NCBI GenBank assembly: GCA_902488835.1
Contig: CABTXQ010000001.1
Location: forward strand, 7,607-71,606
DNA length: 64,000 nt
Source: an uncultured Ileibacterium sp.
GTDB lineage: Bacteria; Bacillota; Clostridia; Peptostreptococcales; Anaerovoracaceae
Direction: 5' to 3'
The notes beneath the pieces were generated by a model. The model was not told the DNA's origin, searched no databases, and saw only the letters and a program-made list of their open reading frames with translations. Position numbers and translations under genes: made by a program. The stretch's first letter is position 1; every line of letters begins with the position of its first letter. Below, in pieces: positions 50,743 to 60,061 of the stretch.

Positions 50743-51815
50743 AGAAAAGATTATCTTGGATTAATGTTGCATCAATATATATAGGAGTAATAATGGGTGC
50801 TGGCTTTGCCTCGGGTCGTGAATGCTGGCAATTTTTTGGTGTTTTTGGAAGAAAAGGATTATTCGGTTCAATATTTGTAACTATATCATTTCTTATTATA
50901 AGCTTGATGCTCACATATGTAAGCTTGAGCAAGAACACTACAAATCTCGGTAAAGTCATCAGTCCGGTAGATAAGATTTATATTGTAAGAGGAATAAAAG
51001 GTATTCTTGCAATTACATATTACTCAATGCTTATTGCAATGACAGCGGCAGGAGGCTCAATTCTTAAACAGCAGTTCGGAATAAATAAGATAATAGGTGG
51101 AGCTATAATAGCTATTGCTATTTTAATAACGGTGCTGGGAGATTTCACCCGAATATCTAAGGTGTTCAATTATACAGAACCTATTCTGATAACGATTGCG
51201 ATAATAACGATAATTGCAATAATATTAAATAATGATATAACTCAAAGTGGAATGACTTCGGGGTTTGAAATAAGCGAGATGACTCCAAATTGGCTTGTAG
51301 GAAGCATTTTATTTGTAAGTTATAATAGCCTTGGAATGATAACCATATCATCAGATGCAGCAGTTAACGCAAAAAATAAAAAGCACGCATTTTGTGGTGC
51401 GGCTTTTGCAAGTATTTTGCTTGGTGCTATGACAATTGTACTCCTTTTTTCTCTACAAAAGGATATGGCATTCTCAGACTCCTTGGATCTGCCTATGCTC
51501 GGATATTCTATGCGAATAAATAAGACGCTAAATATCCTATACACGATTGTACTATGTTTTGGTGTTTACTCAACGGGATCAGGTACATATTATGCTTTCA
51601 GCAGTAATATCCCAAATGGAAAGTATAAGAAAACGGCACTGATAATTGGTGCCGTTATTGGATATATTATTGGATTAACAGGGTTCAAAGAGATTGTCTC
51701 ATATCTTTATCCATTACAAGGATATCTCGGAATAATTATACTGACTCTCGTATTTCTTAATTTTATTATTGAAATCAAAAAGAATAGGGGTCTAAAAATT
51801 CCCGAAGAAAGATAA
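50739..51815 (+). CDS. YkvI family membrane protein
   Basis: YIGVIMGAGFASGRE..QFF, YN motif, LPML, GF..IVSYLYP..GYLG. Confidence 0.85.
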   Translation: MKKRLSWINVASIYIGVIMGAGFASGRECWQFFGVFGRKGLFGSIFVTISFLIISLMLTYVSLSKNTTNLGKVISPVDKIYIVRGIKGILAITYYSMLIAMTAAGGSILKQQFGINKIIGGAIIAIAILITVLGDFTRISKVFNYTEPILITIAIITIIAIILNNDITQSGMTSGFEISEMTPNWLVGSILFVSYNSLGMITISSDAAVNAKNKKHAFCGAAFASILLGAMTIVLLFSLQKDMAFSDSLDLPMLGYSMRINKTLNILYTIVLCFGVYSTGSGTYYAFSSNIPNGKYKKTALIIGAVIGYIIGLTGFKEIVSYLYPLQGYLGIIILTLVFLNFIIEIKKNRGLKIPEER

Positions 51816-51827
51816 TCAAAGAAAATT

Positions 51828-52499
51828 CTAAAAATAACGTGACATTCTTCTCAATTTTGATTGTTTCATATGGTACTCCATTGCTTTCTTTCCAGCATGG
51901 ATATTATGATTCTCAAATGCATCAAATATGTTTTTATGCTCTTTTAGGATAGTTTCTAAAGAATTTTCAAATTCTATACGAGGAGGTGTGCTATATTTCA
52001 AATAAATCTGGTATGTCGAAAGCGCCTGATAAAGCATGCGGTTCTTTGTCCCTAAATATATTGTGTTATGAAAAACTGAATTGAAATGCATAACCTTCTC
52101 TGAGTCTTTCTTTATGGTATAAAATTCCATAAACTCAATGGTCTCTCTAAGCTTATCGATTTCTTCATCACTCATTCTATCTATAGCCCATTCAACTGCC
52201 TGAGCCTCAAAAATGCATCTTAAATCAAATAAATCGCTGATATCACGTACTGTCAGACCTCTAACATATGCCCCTCGATTAGGTATATTCTTAATAAGTC
52301 CGTCAGCTTCAAGTTGCTTAAATGCCTCTCTAACAGGAGTTCTACTTACATTATACTTTTCGCATATTGATTTTTCTGTCATTTTAGAATCAGAAGCAAT
52401 TGTACCTGAAAGAATTTCAACCCTAAGGGAATTGAATAAATCTTCAGCAAGAGATTTAACATTTACCTTTCCTTCAATCTTAATATTCTTCTTATTCAT
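51828..52499 (-). CDS. GntR (FadR/FCD subfamily) transcriptional regulator
   Basis: VSRTPVREA, PNRGAYV, LRCIFE, NSVFH, EH; start at ATG 52499 after GGAG. Confidence 0.92.
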   Translation of the reverse strand: MNKKNIKIEGKVNVKSLAEDLFNSLRVEILSGTIASDSKMTEKSICEKYNVSRTPVREAFKQLEADGLIKNIPNRGAYVRGLTVRDISDLFDLRCIFEAQAVEWAIDRMSDEEIDKLRETIEFMEFYTIKKDSEKVMHFNSVFHNTIYLGTKNRMLYQALSTYQIYLKYSTPPRIEFENSLETILKEHKNIFDAFENHNIHAGKKAMEYHMKQSKLRRMSRYF

Positions 52500-52530
52500 T
52501 AGGAAAATCTCCATCTTCTTTATATAAACA

Positions 52531-52588
52531 TTGTATAAATAGTATATTTTGCATACAATAATATAATCCTTTATAAAATAACTGTCAA
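52531..52588 (-). promoter_or_regulatory. gntR promoter with FadR-type operator
   Basis: Minus strand TTGACA (52588-52583)-N17-TATATT; near-palindromes TTGCATACAA (52549-52558) and TTGTATAAAT (52531-52540) at and just after the predicted TSS. Confidence 0.55.
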
Positions 52589-52612
52589 TAGAATCTGTGA
52601 TATAATACACTC

Positions 52613-53311
52613 ATGAAGAAAAATTTTACATCAAAAGAAGTAAATACCATTCTTGAATTATTAGAGAAAGAATATCCTAACGCAGGATGTGCACTAAAGT
52701 ATGATACAAAATTTCAATTATTAATAGCGGTAGTTCTTTCTGCCCAGACAACCGATATAAGTGTAAATAAGATTACTCCAAAACTATGGAAATTATATCC
52801 TGATTCTCGTTCACTCGGGGATGCAAAACAATCGGATGTAGAAAAGATAATTAAAAGTATTGGACTTTATAGAAATAAGAGTAAAAATATAATAGGAATT
52901 TCCAAAGCACTTCAGGAAAGATTACTTGCAATGGATGAATCTCTTAAGATTGGATATATTAATTCATCAGATAATAAGGACGGAGTACCAGAAGAATTTG
53001 ATGAACTAATTAAATTGCCAGGAGTTGGAAGGAAAACAGCGAATGTAGTTCTTTCAGAAGGATTTAACAAACAAACAATTGCTGTTGATACACATGTTCA
53101 GAGGGTTTCAAATAGAATAGGATTGGCGAGATCTACAGATACATATAAAACAGAGACTCAGCTGATGACGAACATTCCTGAAAATATGTGGACAAAAGCA
53201 CATCATCTACTTATATTTCATGGTAGAAATATTTGCAAGGCAAGGAACCCGGATTGCAATAAGTGTCCTATAATTAATTATTGTAAATTTCATAATAAAA
53301 ACAATGATTGA
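52613..53311 (+). CDS. nth: Endonuclease III
   Basis: LSAQTTD, HhH LPGVGRKTANVV, AVDTHV, [4Fe-4S] motif CKARNPDCNKCPIINYC. Confidence 0.96.
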   Translation: MKKNFTSKEVNTILELLEKEYPNAGCALKYDTKFQLLIAVVLSAQTTDISVNKITPKLWKLYPDSRSLGDAKQSDVEKIIKSIGLYRNKSKNIIGISKALQERLLAMDESLKIGYINSSDNKDGVPEEFDELIKLPGVGRKTANVVLSEGFNKQTIAVDTHVQRVSNRIGLARSTDTYKTETQLMTNIPENMWTKAHHLLIFHGRNICKARNPDCNKCPIINYCKFHNKNND

Positions 53312-53336
53312 AATAAATATTACAAACTGATAATAT
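53308..53336 (+). promoter_or_regulatory. Sigma-A promoter of gap-pgk-tpiA
   Basis: TTGAAA-N17-TAATAT with TGn extension. Confidence 0.55.
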
Positions 53337-53387
53337 ATTAAAGAAAATTAAAGATTATTTATAAATATCCATAGGAGGAATATTTTA

Positions 53388-54404
53388 ATGATTAGGATAG
53401 GCATAAACGGGTTCGGTAGAATTTCAAGGGTAGTCATAAGAGCTATTCAAGATATGAATGATTTTGAAATTGCCGCTATTAATATTAGGAATGCTGATCT
53501 GGATTATCTCGCATACATGATTAGATACGATTCAACATTTGGTAGATTTAATGGTACTGTTGAGAGATGGGAAGATAAGGGACTAATCATTAATGGCAAT
53601 AAAATTCCTGTATATAGCAAAGATATTGCAGCTGATATTCCATGGAATGAATGTAATGCCGAATACATAATTGATGGAACTGGTGCTTATAATACGACTG
53701 ATAAAGCAATGGCTCATATTAATGCCGGTGCAAAGAAAGTAATAATTTCTGCTCCTGCAAAGGATGATATAACTCCAACATTTGTATATGGAGTTAATCA
53801 CGAAAATTATTCTAAGGATATGCCTATTATTTCAAATGCTTCATGTACTACAAACTGTCTTGCTCCTCTTTGCAAGATACTTCAGGATAAATTTGGAATT
53901 GAAGGCGGGCTTATGTCAACAATTCATAGTGCTACATCAAAGCAAAAGGTTGTTGATGCAAGATCAATGAAAGATTGGAGAGTAGGGAGAAGCGTTTTTA
54001 ACAATATAATCCCTACATCAACAGGTGCCGCTAAGGCAGTTGGGCTTGTTATTCCGGAGTTACAGGGCAAGATGACAGGTATATCATACAGGGTTCCTAC
54101 TCAGGATGTTTCTGTTGTAGACTTGAATGTTATACTCAAAAAGTCCGCAGAAAAAGAAGAAATCTTTGATGAAATCAAGAGAGCTTCTTCTTCATATCTT
54201 AAAGATATAATTGAATTTGTAGATGATGAAGTGGTTTCGTGTGACTTTATTGGTTGCCCGACTGCATCAATTTTTGACTCCAGGCAGACTGTACAACTTA
54301 ATGATAAAATATTTAAATTTGTTTCTTTCTATGATAATGAATGGGGATATAGCATTCAGATTCTTAGAATGATCAGACATATGGCGGATATAGATGGGAA
54401 ATAA
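53388..54404 (+). CDS. gap: Type I glyceraldehyde-3-phosphate dehydrogenase (atypical cofactor loop)
   Basis: GINGFGRI, SNASCTTNCLAP, NIIPTSTGAAKAV, RVPT, YDNEWGYS. Confidence 0.95.
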   Translation: MIRIGINGFGRISRVVIRAIQDMNDFEIAAINIRNADLDYLAYMIRYDSTFGRFNGTVERWEDKGLIINGNKIPVYSKDIAADIPWNECNAEYIIDGTGAYNTTDKAMAHINAGAKKVIISAPAKDDITPTFVYGVNHENYSKDMPIISNASCTTNCLAPLCKILQDKFGIEGGLMSTIHSATSKQKVVDARSMKDWRVGRSVFNNIIPTSTGAAKAVGLVIPELQGKMTGISYRVPTQDVSVVDLNVILKKSAEKEEIFDEIKRASSSYLKDIIEFVDDEVVSCDFIGCPTASIFDSRQTVQLNDKIFKFVSFYDNEWGYSIQILRMIRHMADIDGK

Positions 54405-54430
54405 TTATTCCTGATATATTTTATAAAATT

Positions 54431-54471
54431 AAATCCTGAGGTTACTATTTTTTGGTAACTTCCGGATTTTT
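54431..54471 (+). other. Intercistronic stem-loop between gap and pgk
   Basis: AAATCCtGAGGTTACTA-ttttt-TGGTAACTTCcGGATTT imperfect stem; possible partial terminator or stability element. Confidence 0.45.
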
Positions 54472-54498
54472 ACTTTGTGTTGATGGAGGCTATTAATA

Positions 54499-55686
54499 AT
54501 GAAAAAGACAATTTTGGACATAAATTGGGAAGGTTTAACTGCAGTTGAACGATGTGATTTTAACGTACCAATTAAAGACGGTGTAATAACTGATGATACA
54601 AGAATAGTGGCTGCTCTTCCAACCATTAAATATCTTATTAAAAATGGAGCCAAAATTGTTCTTATGTCACATAGAGGAAGACCTAAGGGAGAACCAAATG
54701 AAGATTATTCTCTTCAACCAGTTGCAAAAAGACTATCAGAACTTCTTGATATTAATGTAAAATTCTTAAAAAGCAATGTTGTAGTAGATGAAAATATTAA
54801 GACAGAAATAAAAAATCTAAAAAGTGGAGAAGTTGTGCTTCTTGAAAATACTCGTTTTAGAAAGGAAGAGGAGACAAACGATTTAGAATTTTCAAAAGAA
54901 CTTGCATCACTTGGAGATGTTTTTGTACAAGATGCGTTTGGAACGGCACATAGAGCTCATGCTTCAACATCCGGTATTGCTTCTTTTATACCGGGAGTAG
55001 CAGGATTTCTTATTGAAAAGGAACTTGAATTTCTCGGTAGTGCTTTAAATAATCCTAAGAGACCTTTTGTAGCAATAATGGGTGGAGCAAAGGTCAAAGA
55101 TAAGATCCCGGTAATTACAAGCCTGCTGGAAAAGGTTGATACGATAATAATTGGAGGAGGAATGTCATATACCTTTTTTAAGGCGAGAGGATTTGAAATA
55201 GGCAAATCAATTTGTGATGACGAGGGTCTTGACCTTGCAAGGGATATTATGGCTGCCGCTGATGAAAAAAATGTAAAATTCCTTATTCCGGTTGACACTA
55301 TAGCATCATATGAGTTTGATAATGAATCACCAAGTGAGACATTTGATATGGATAAGATTCCTTCAGATAGAATGGGAATGGATATCGGGAATAAAACCCT
55401 TGAGATATACACGGAGGAGCTGAAAAAAGCTAAGACGGTGATATGGAACGGTCCTATGGGAGTGTTTGAAATGCCAAATTTCTCAAAAGGAACGAGAGGT
55501 ATAGCAGAATGTCTTGCTAATCTTAAAGATACAGTAACAATAATCGGTGGAGGAGATAGTGCTGCAGCTGTTACACAATTTGACCTTGCAGATAAGATGA
55601 CTCATATTTCAACAGGCGGTGGCGCAAGCCTTGAATTTATTGAAGGAAAAGAATTACCTGGTATAAAATGCCTTAAAAACAGATAG
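54499..55686 (+). CDS. pgk: Phosphoglycerate kinase
   Basis: RCDFNVP, LLENTRF, DAFGTAHRAHAS, GGAKVKDK, WNGPMGVFE, GGGDS, HISTGGGASLE. Confidence 0.98.
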   Translation: MKKTILDINWEGLTAVERCDFNVPIKDGVITDDTRIVAALPTIKYLIKNGAKIVLMSHRGRPKGEPNEDYSLQPVAKRLSELLDINVKFLKSNVVVDENIKTEIKNLKSGEVVLLENTRFRKEEETNDLEFSKELASLGDVFVQDAFGTAHRAHASTSGIASFIPGVAGFLIEKELEFLGSALNNPKRPFVAIMGGAKVKDKIPVITSLLEKVDTIIIGGGMSYTFFKARGFEIGKSICDDEGLDLARDIMAAADEKNVKFLIPVDTIASYEFDNESPSETFDMDKIPSDRMGMDIGNKTLEIYTEELKKAKTVIWNGPMGVFEMPNFSKGTRGIAECLANLKDTVTIIGGGDSAAAVTQFDLADKMTHISTGGGASLEFIEGKELPGIKCLKNR

Positions 55687-55700
55687 GAGAAATTAAATAA

Positions 55701-56459
55701 ATGGACAGGATATTAATTGCCGGAAATTGGAAAATGAATAAAACGGTTCAGGAGACAAGGGAATTTACTAGTGAATTTAAAAAGTATCAAATTAATGAAG
55801 ATGATGAAGTTTGCATACTTGCACCATTTACTGACTTACAAGTTTTGAAGGATGAGCTGGCAAACACGAATATAAAAATAGGTGCACAAAATTGCCATTA
55901 TGAAGAGAACGGAGCTTTTACTGGAGAAATTTCTGTAAAGATGTTAAATGAAATAGGTGTAGATTACTGCTTGGTTGGACATTCAGAAAGAAGACAATAT
56001 TTTGGTGAAACTGATGATGTCTGCAATAAAAAAATAAAAAAATTAATTGAGCACGGTATAACACCAATCCTCTGTGTGGGAGAAGATGAGAGTATAAGAG
56101 ACGAAGGGGCAGAGCAGTCACTTCTAAGTAAGCAGCTTGGAGAGGCTTTTATCGGGATCAAGACAAGTGATGTACCAAAGGTTATAATCGCATATGAGCC
56201 AATTTGGGCAATAGGAACCGGTAAGACTGCATCTCCTGTTGATGCACAAAGAATGTGTGAATTCATCAGAGGGTTTATGAGTGGCTTATTTAGCGATGCC
56301 GTAGGTGAGTGCATGATGATTCTCTATGGAGGAAGTGTTAAGCCAGAAAATGCTAAAAAAATACTTGAACAAAACGATATCAACGGAGCTCTAATAGGTG
56401 GTGCCAGCCTAAATCACGATTCATTATATGAACTAGTCAAAATTTCTCAACACATTTAG
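55701..56459 (+). CDS. tpiA: Triosephosphate isomerase
   Basis: AGNWKMN, GAFTGE, GHSERR, AYEPIWAIGTGK, YGGSVKP. Confidence 0.98.
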   Translation: MDRILIAGNWKMNKTVQETREFTSEFKKYQINEDDEVCILAPFTDLQVLKDELANTNIKIGAQNCHYEENGAFTGEISVKMLNEIGVDYCLVGHSERRQYFGETDDVCNKKIKKLIEHGITPILCVGEDESIRDEGAEQSLLSKQLGEAFIGIKTSDVPKVIIAYEPIWAIGTGKTASPVDAQRMCEFIRGFMSGLFSDAVGECMMILYGGSVKPENAKKILEQNDINGALIGGASLNHDSLYELVKISQHI

Positions 56460-56471
56460 AAAGAATATTCG

Positions 56472-56500
56472 TTGACTTTATGGTATTTGCGTGATAATCT
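56472..56500 (+). promoter_or_regulatory. Sigma-A promoter upstream of secG
   Basis: TTGACT-N17-TAATCT with TGn extension. Confidence 0.55.
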
Positions 56501-56525
56501 AATTAAGCTATAAATGAGATTATAT

Positions 56526-56551
56526 AGTCGGAATTCTAGTTCCGGCTTTTT
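56526..56551 (+). terminator. Terminator hairpin just upstream of the secG RBS
   Basis: AGTCGGAA-ttctag-TTCCGGCT-TTTT. Confidence 0.7.
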
Positions 56552-56566
56552 GTTGGGAGGTCATAA

Positions 56567-56800
56567 ATGCATACATTTTTTATGTTGGTATTATTGATTG
56601 ACAGCATTATACTTATAATCAGTGTTTTGCTTCAATCAAGTAAGAGCGACGGGCTTAGCGGTTCTATTGCTGGTGGAGCTGAGCAGCTTTTTGGAAAGAA
56701 AAAAAGCACAGGATATGATGGGATCTTAGCTAGAATTACGGTAGTTACAGCAGTAATTTTTTTCCTAGTATCACTTAGCTTGATTGCATTTTTTAATTAA
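56567..56800 (+). CDS. secG: Preprotein translocase subunit SecG
   Basis: VLLQSSKSDGLSGSIAGGAEQLFGKKK flanked by two TM helices. Confidence 0.96.
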   Translation: MHTFFMLVLLIDSIILIISVLLQSSKSDGLSGSIAGGAEQLFGKKKSTGYDGILARITVVTAVIFFLVSLSLIAFFN

Positions 56801-56871
56801 TAATCATAGGTTTATAACAGAAATTATTTCTGTTTAAATATAGTTATTTATTATCAAGGAGGTTATAGATA

Positions 56872-58890
56872 ATGAACAGTTTCATTATTCCTATTGTTGC
56901 ACTTGTAGGACTGCTTGTGGCATTTGCACTTGCATCATTTGTTACTAAACAAAATCAAGGCAACGAAAGAATGAAAGAAATTGCAAGTTACATAAGAGAA
57001 GGTGCTTTTGCTTTTCTAAAGAGAGAGTATAGAGTTATGGTAATCGTTATTGCTGCACTTTTCCTTATTATCGGGCTTGCAATTAACTGGACTTCTGCAA
57101 TTCTTTATGTTATTGGAGCATTGCTTTCAGTTCTCGCCGGATTCTTTGGAATGAGTGTAGCTACTAAGGGTAATGTAAGAACCGCTAATGCCGCACTTGA
57201 ATCCGGTATGCCACTTGCACTTAAAGTTGCATTTAGAAGTGGTGCAGTAATGGGTCTTTGCGTTGCAAGCCTTGGACTTCTTGGGCTTGGCGTAGTATTT
57301 GTCATTCTAGACCTTGCTACAATAATGCAGTGCATAACCAGTTTCGGCCTGGGAGCATCTTCGATGGCTCTCTTTGGAAGAGTTGGAGGCGGTATATATA
57401 CAAAGGCTGCCGATGTAGGTGCAGATCTTGTAGGTAAGGTTGAAGCAGGAATTCCAGAAGATGACCCTCGTAACCCTGCTGTAATTGCTGACAATGTAGG
57501 TGATAACGTAGGTGATGTTGCGGGAATGGGTTCAGATTTGTTTGAGTCATATGTAGGTTCCATTATTTCGTCAATCACGCTTGCCGCTGTAGCAGTAAAT
57601 GAATCTGATGTCACATCAACATTTACTAAAGGTACAGCAGCATTATTCCCACTGTTAATAGCAGCAGTTGGAATAATTGCATCAATAATTGGAATCTTGT
57701 GCGTTAGAGGATCTGAAAATACTAACCCTGCAAAATCACTAAATATGGGTACATATATAGGTGGAGTTATAGTTATAGTTTGTTCGATTTTTCTTAGCAA
57801 GAATATGCTTGGTTCATACCGATATTCATACGCAATTATAGCTGGTCTTGCTGTTGGAATACTGATTGGTACTCTTACTGAGGTGTATACTTCAGATTCT
57901 TACAAGCCTGTAAAAATGATAGCTGAAGAATCAGAAACAGGAGCTGCAACTACAATTATAAGCGGACTTTCTGTAGGAATGAAATCAACAGTATGGCCTA
58001 TTCTTCTGATATGTATAGGAATTGTTATTTCGTATAAATTCGCTGGATTGTACGGCATTGCTCTTGCAGCAGTTGGAATGCTATCTAATACAGGAATGAC
58101 AGTTGCTGTAGATGCTTATGGTCCTGTATCCGATAATGCAGGAGGGATTGCTGAAATGAGTGAGCTTCCTGAAGAAGTTAGGAATATCACTGATACACTT
58201 GATTCCGTAGGTAATACAACTGCTGCAATAGGTAAAGGCTTTGCAATTGGTTCAGCAGCACTTACTGCACTTGCTTTATTTGCTGCTTTTGCTACAACTG
58301 CAAAATTGACTCAGATAAGTTTGCTAAATCCTATTGTAATTGTTGGTTTATTTATCGGTGCAATGCTTCCTTTCTTATTCTCGGCTCTTACAATGAGCTC
58401 TGTTGGTAAGGCTGCAAATCAGATGATTCAGGAAGTAAGAAGACAGTTTAGAGAAAAGCCAGGAATCCTAGAGGGGACTGATAAGCCTGAATATACAACA
58501 TGCGTCGGAATCTCAACAGATGCAGCACTAAAAGAAATGATTGCTCCTGGATTACTTGCAATTATTGCACCATTGCTTGTTGGTATTCTATTTGGTGTTG
58601 AGGCTCTTGGAGGTATGCTTGCCGGTTCTCTTGGATCAGGTGTTCTACTTGCAATCATGATGTCCAATGCTGGTGGTGCATGGGATAATGCAAAGAAATA
58701 TATTGAAGGCGGCACTCACGGTGGAAAGGGAAGCGAGGCACATAAGGCTGCTGTAGTCGGAGATACGGTAGGTGATCCATTTAAAGATACTTCGGGTCCA
58801 TCAATTAATATTTTGATTAAGTTGATGACAATTGTATCACTTGTATTTGCACCTGTATTTGCTTCGATAGGAGGAGTACTGTTCAAGTAA
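56872..58890 (+). CDS. hppA: Membrane-bound ion-translocating pyrophosphatase, K+-dependent type (probably Na+-pumping)
   Basis: [46 protein letters not shown] (Ala marks the K+-dependent type), [14 protein letters not shown]. Confidence 0.95.
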   Translation: MNSFIIPIVALVGLLVAFALASFVTKQNQGNERMKEIASYIREGAFAFLKREYRVMVIVIAALFLIIGLAINWTSAILYVIGALLSVLAGFFGMSVATKGNVRTANAALESGMPLALKVAFRSGAVMGLCVASLGLLGLGVVFVILDLATIMQCITSFGLGASSMALFGRVGGGIYTKAADVGADLVGKVEAGIPEDDPRNPAVIADNVGDNVGDVAGMGSDLFESYVGSIISSITLAAVAVNESDVTSTFTKGTAALFPLLIAAVGIIASIIGILCVRGSENTNPAKSLNMGTYIGGVIVIVCSIFLSKNMLGSYRYSYAIIAGLAVGILIGTLTEVYTSDSYKPVKMIAEESETGAATTIISGLSVGMKSTVWPILLICIGIVISYKFAGLYGIALAAVGMLSNTGMTVAVDAYGPVSDNAGGIAEMSELPEEVRNITDTLDSVGNTTAAIGKGFAIGSAALTALALFAAFATTAKLTQISLLNPIVIVGLFIGAMLPFLFSALTMSSVGKAANQMIQEVRRQFREKPGILEGTDKPEYTTCVGISTDAALKEMIAPGLLAIIAPLLVGILFGVEALGGMLAGSLGSGVLLAIMMSNAGGAWDNAKKYIEGGTHGGKGSEAHKAAVVGDTVGDPFKDTSGPSINILIKLMTIVSLVFAPVFASIGGVLFK

Positions 58891-58908
58891 TTTTATGCTT
58901 TAGTATTT

Positions 58909-58939
58909 AAAGGATGTCGGTTTATCCGACATCCTTTTT
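58909..58939 (+). terminator. Terminator after hppA
   Basis: AAAGGATGTCGG-tttat-CCGACATCCTTT-TT. Confidence 0.88.
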
Positions 58940-58941
58940 AG

Positions 58942-58970
58942 TTGAGTTTTTGCCTATATCGTGATATTAT
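58942..58970 (+). promoter_or_regulatory. Sigma-A promoter of pheS-pheT-pfkA
   Basis: TTGAGT-N17-TATTAT with TGn extension, about 40 nt upstream of the pheS ATG. Confidence 0.55.
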
Positions 58971-59011
58971 TTTTTATCAAAGAATTGAATTATTCCAAGG
59001 GGGAATGAAAT

Positions 59012-60049
59012 ATGTCAATAAGCATTGATAAAATACGAGAAGAAGGAATTAAAAAAATTGATGATGCTGGTGATCTAGTTATACTCTTAGAAGTAAGAAA
59101 AGAGCTTACAGGCAAAAAAAGTGTTATTAGTGACATGCTTAAAATGTTAAAAGACTTATCTCCTGATGAGCGTAAATCATTTGGCAAGAAGACAAATGAT
59201 TTGAAAAAATTTTTTATTGAAAAAATTGAAGAAAAAAAGAATGAATTAATATCAACAAAAGAAGCTGTAGATAAGGATTTTGACGTAAGTTTACCTGGTA
59301 ATCCAGTAATGGGAGGAGCACTTCATCCTATAACTCAAATGAAATATGATTTAAATGATGCTTTTAGATCTTTAGGCTTTAGAATTTTTAACGAGGATGA
59401 TATTTCCAGCGAAAAATTTGCTTTTGACAAATTGAACTTTCCACCAAACCATCCTGCAAGGGCTAATATGGATACCTACTGGATAGAAGGTACAGCGAAT
59501 ATTAGAGGAACAGACAGACTTTGTTTAAGGCCACATCTAACGGGTGCTAGTGTAAGATATTTGCTTAAATATGGTGCACCAGCTCGTTTTGTATATCCTG
59601 GTAGGGTATTTAGAAATGAGGCTACTGATGCAAGGCATGAAAGAGCATTTTTTCAATATGAGGCTCTTGTCGTAGATAAAGACCTTAGTTTTACAAGCGG
59701 AAAAGTAATGATTGATACAATCTTGGAGAAAGTTTTTGGTAGAAAGGTCAATACGAGAATGAGAGAAGGCTTCTTCCCATTTACTGAACCGGGATATGAG
59801 ATTGATATGGAATGCCTAGTTTGTGGCGGTAAAGGCTGCAAAGTATGTAATAGAAGAGGATGGATTGAAGTAATGCCTGGTGGAGTGATACATCCAAACG
59901 TTCTAAAATCAGCAAACCTTGATCCAGACATTTGGAGTGGCTTTTATATAAATATTGGATTGGATAGACTTGTTATGATGAGATATGGTGTTGACGATGT
60001 AAGACTTTTTCACAGCACAGATCTTAGATTCTTGAAACAATTTAAGTAA
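59012..60049 (+). CDS. pheS: Phenylalanine--tRNA ligase alpha subunit homologue with non-canonical amino-acid pocket
   Basis: N-terminal coiled coil, GALHPI, FDKLNFPPNHPAR..DTY, PGRVFR, FPFTEP, CxxCGGxGCxxC, HPNVL, RYGVDDVRLF..DLRFLKQF. Family assignment is clear; specificity is not. Confidence 0.9.
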   Translation: MSISIDKIREEGIKKIDDAGDLVILLEVRKELTGKKSVISDMLKMLKDLSPDERKSFGKKTNDLKKFFIEKIEEKKNELISTKEAVDKDFDVSLPGNPVMGGALHPITQMKYDLNDAFRSLGFRIFNEDDISSEKFAFDKLNFPPNHPARANMDTYWIEGTANIRGTDRLCLRPHLTGASVRYLLKYGAPARFVYPGRVFRNEATDARHERAFFQYEALVVDKDLSFTSGKVMIDTILEKVFGRKVNTRMREGFFPFTEPGYEIDMECLVCGGKGCKVCNRRGWIEVMPGGVIHPNVLKSANLDPDIWSGFYINIGLDRLVMMRYGVDDVRLFHSTDLRFLKQFK

Positions 60050-60061
60050 TAGGAGGGCAAA

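Noticed and set aside
57105..57800. 231-aa antisense ORF inside hppA, and similar antisense ORFs in infB, pnp, sstT, pgk and ribBA
   Set aside because: Shadow ORFs from codon bias on the opposite strand of conserved genes; no RBS or recognisable motifs.
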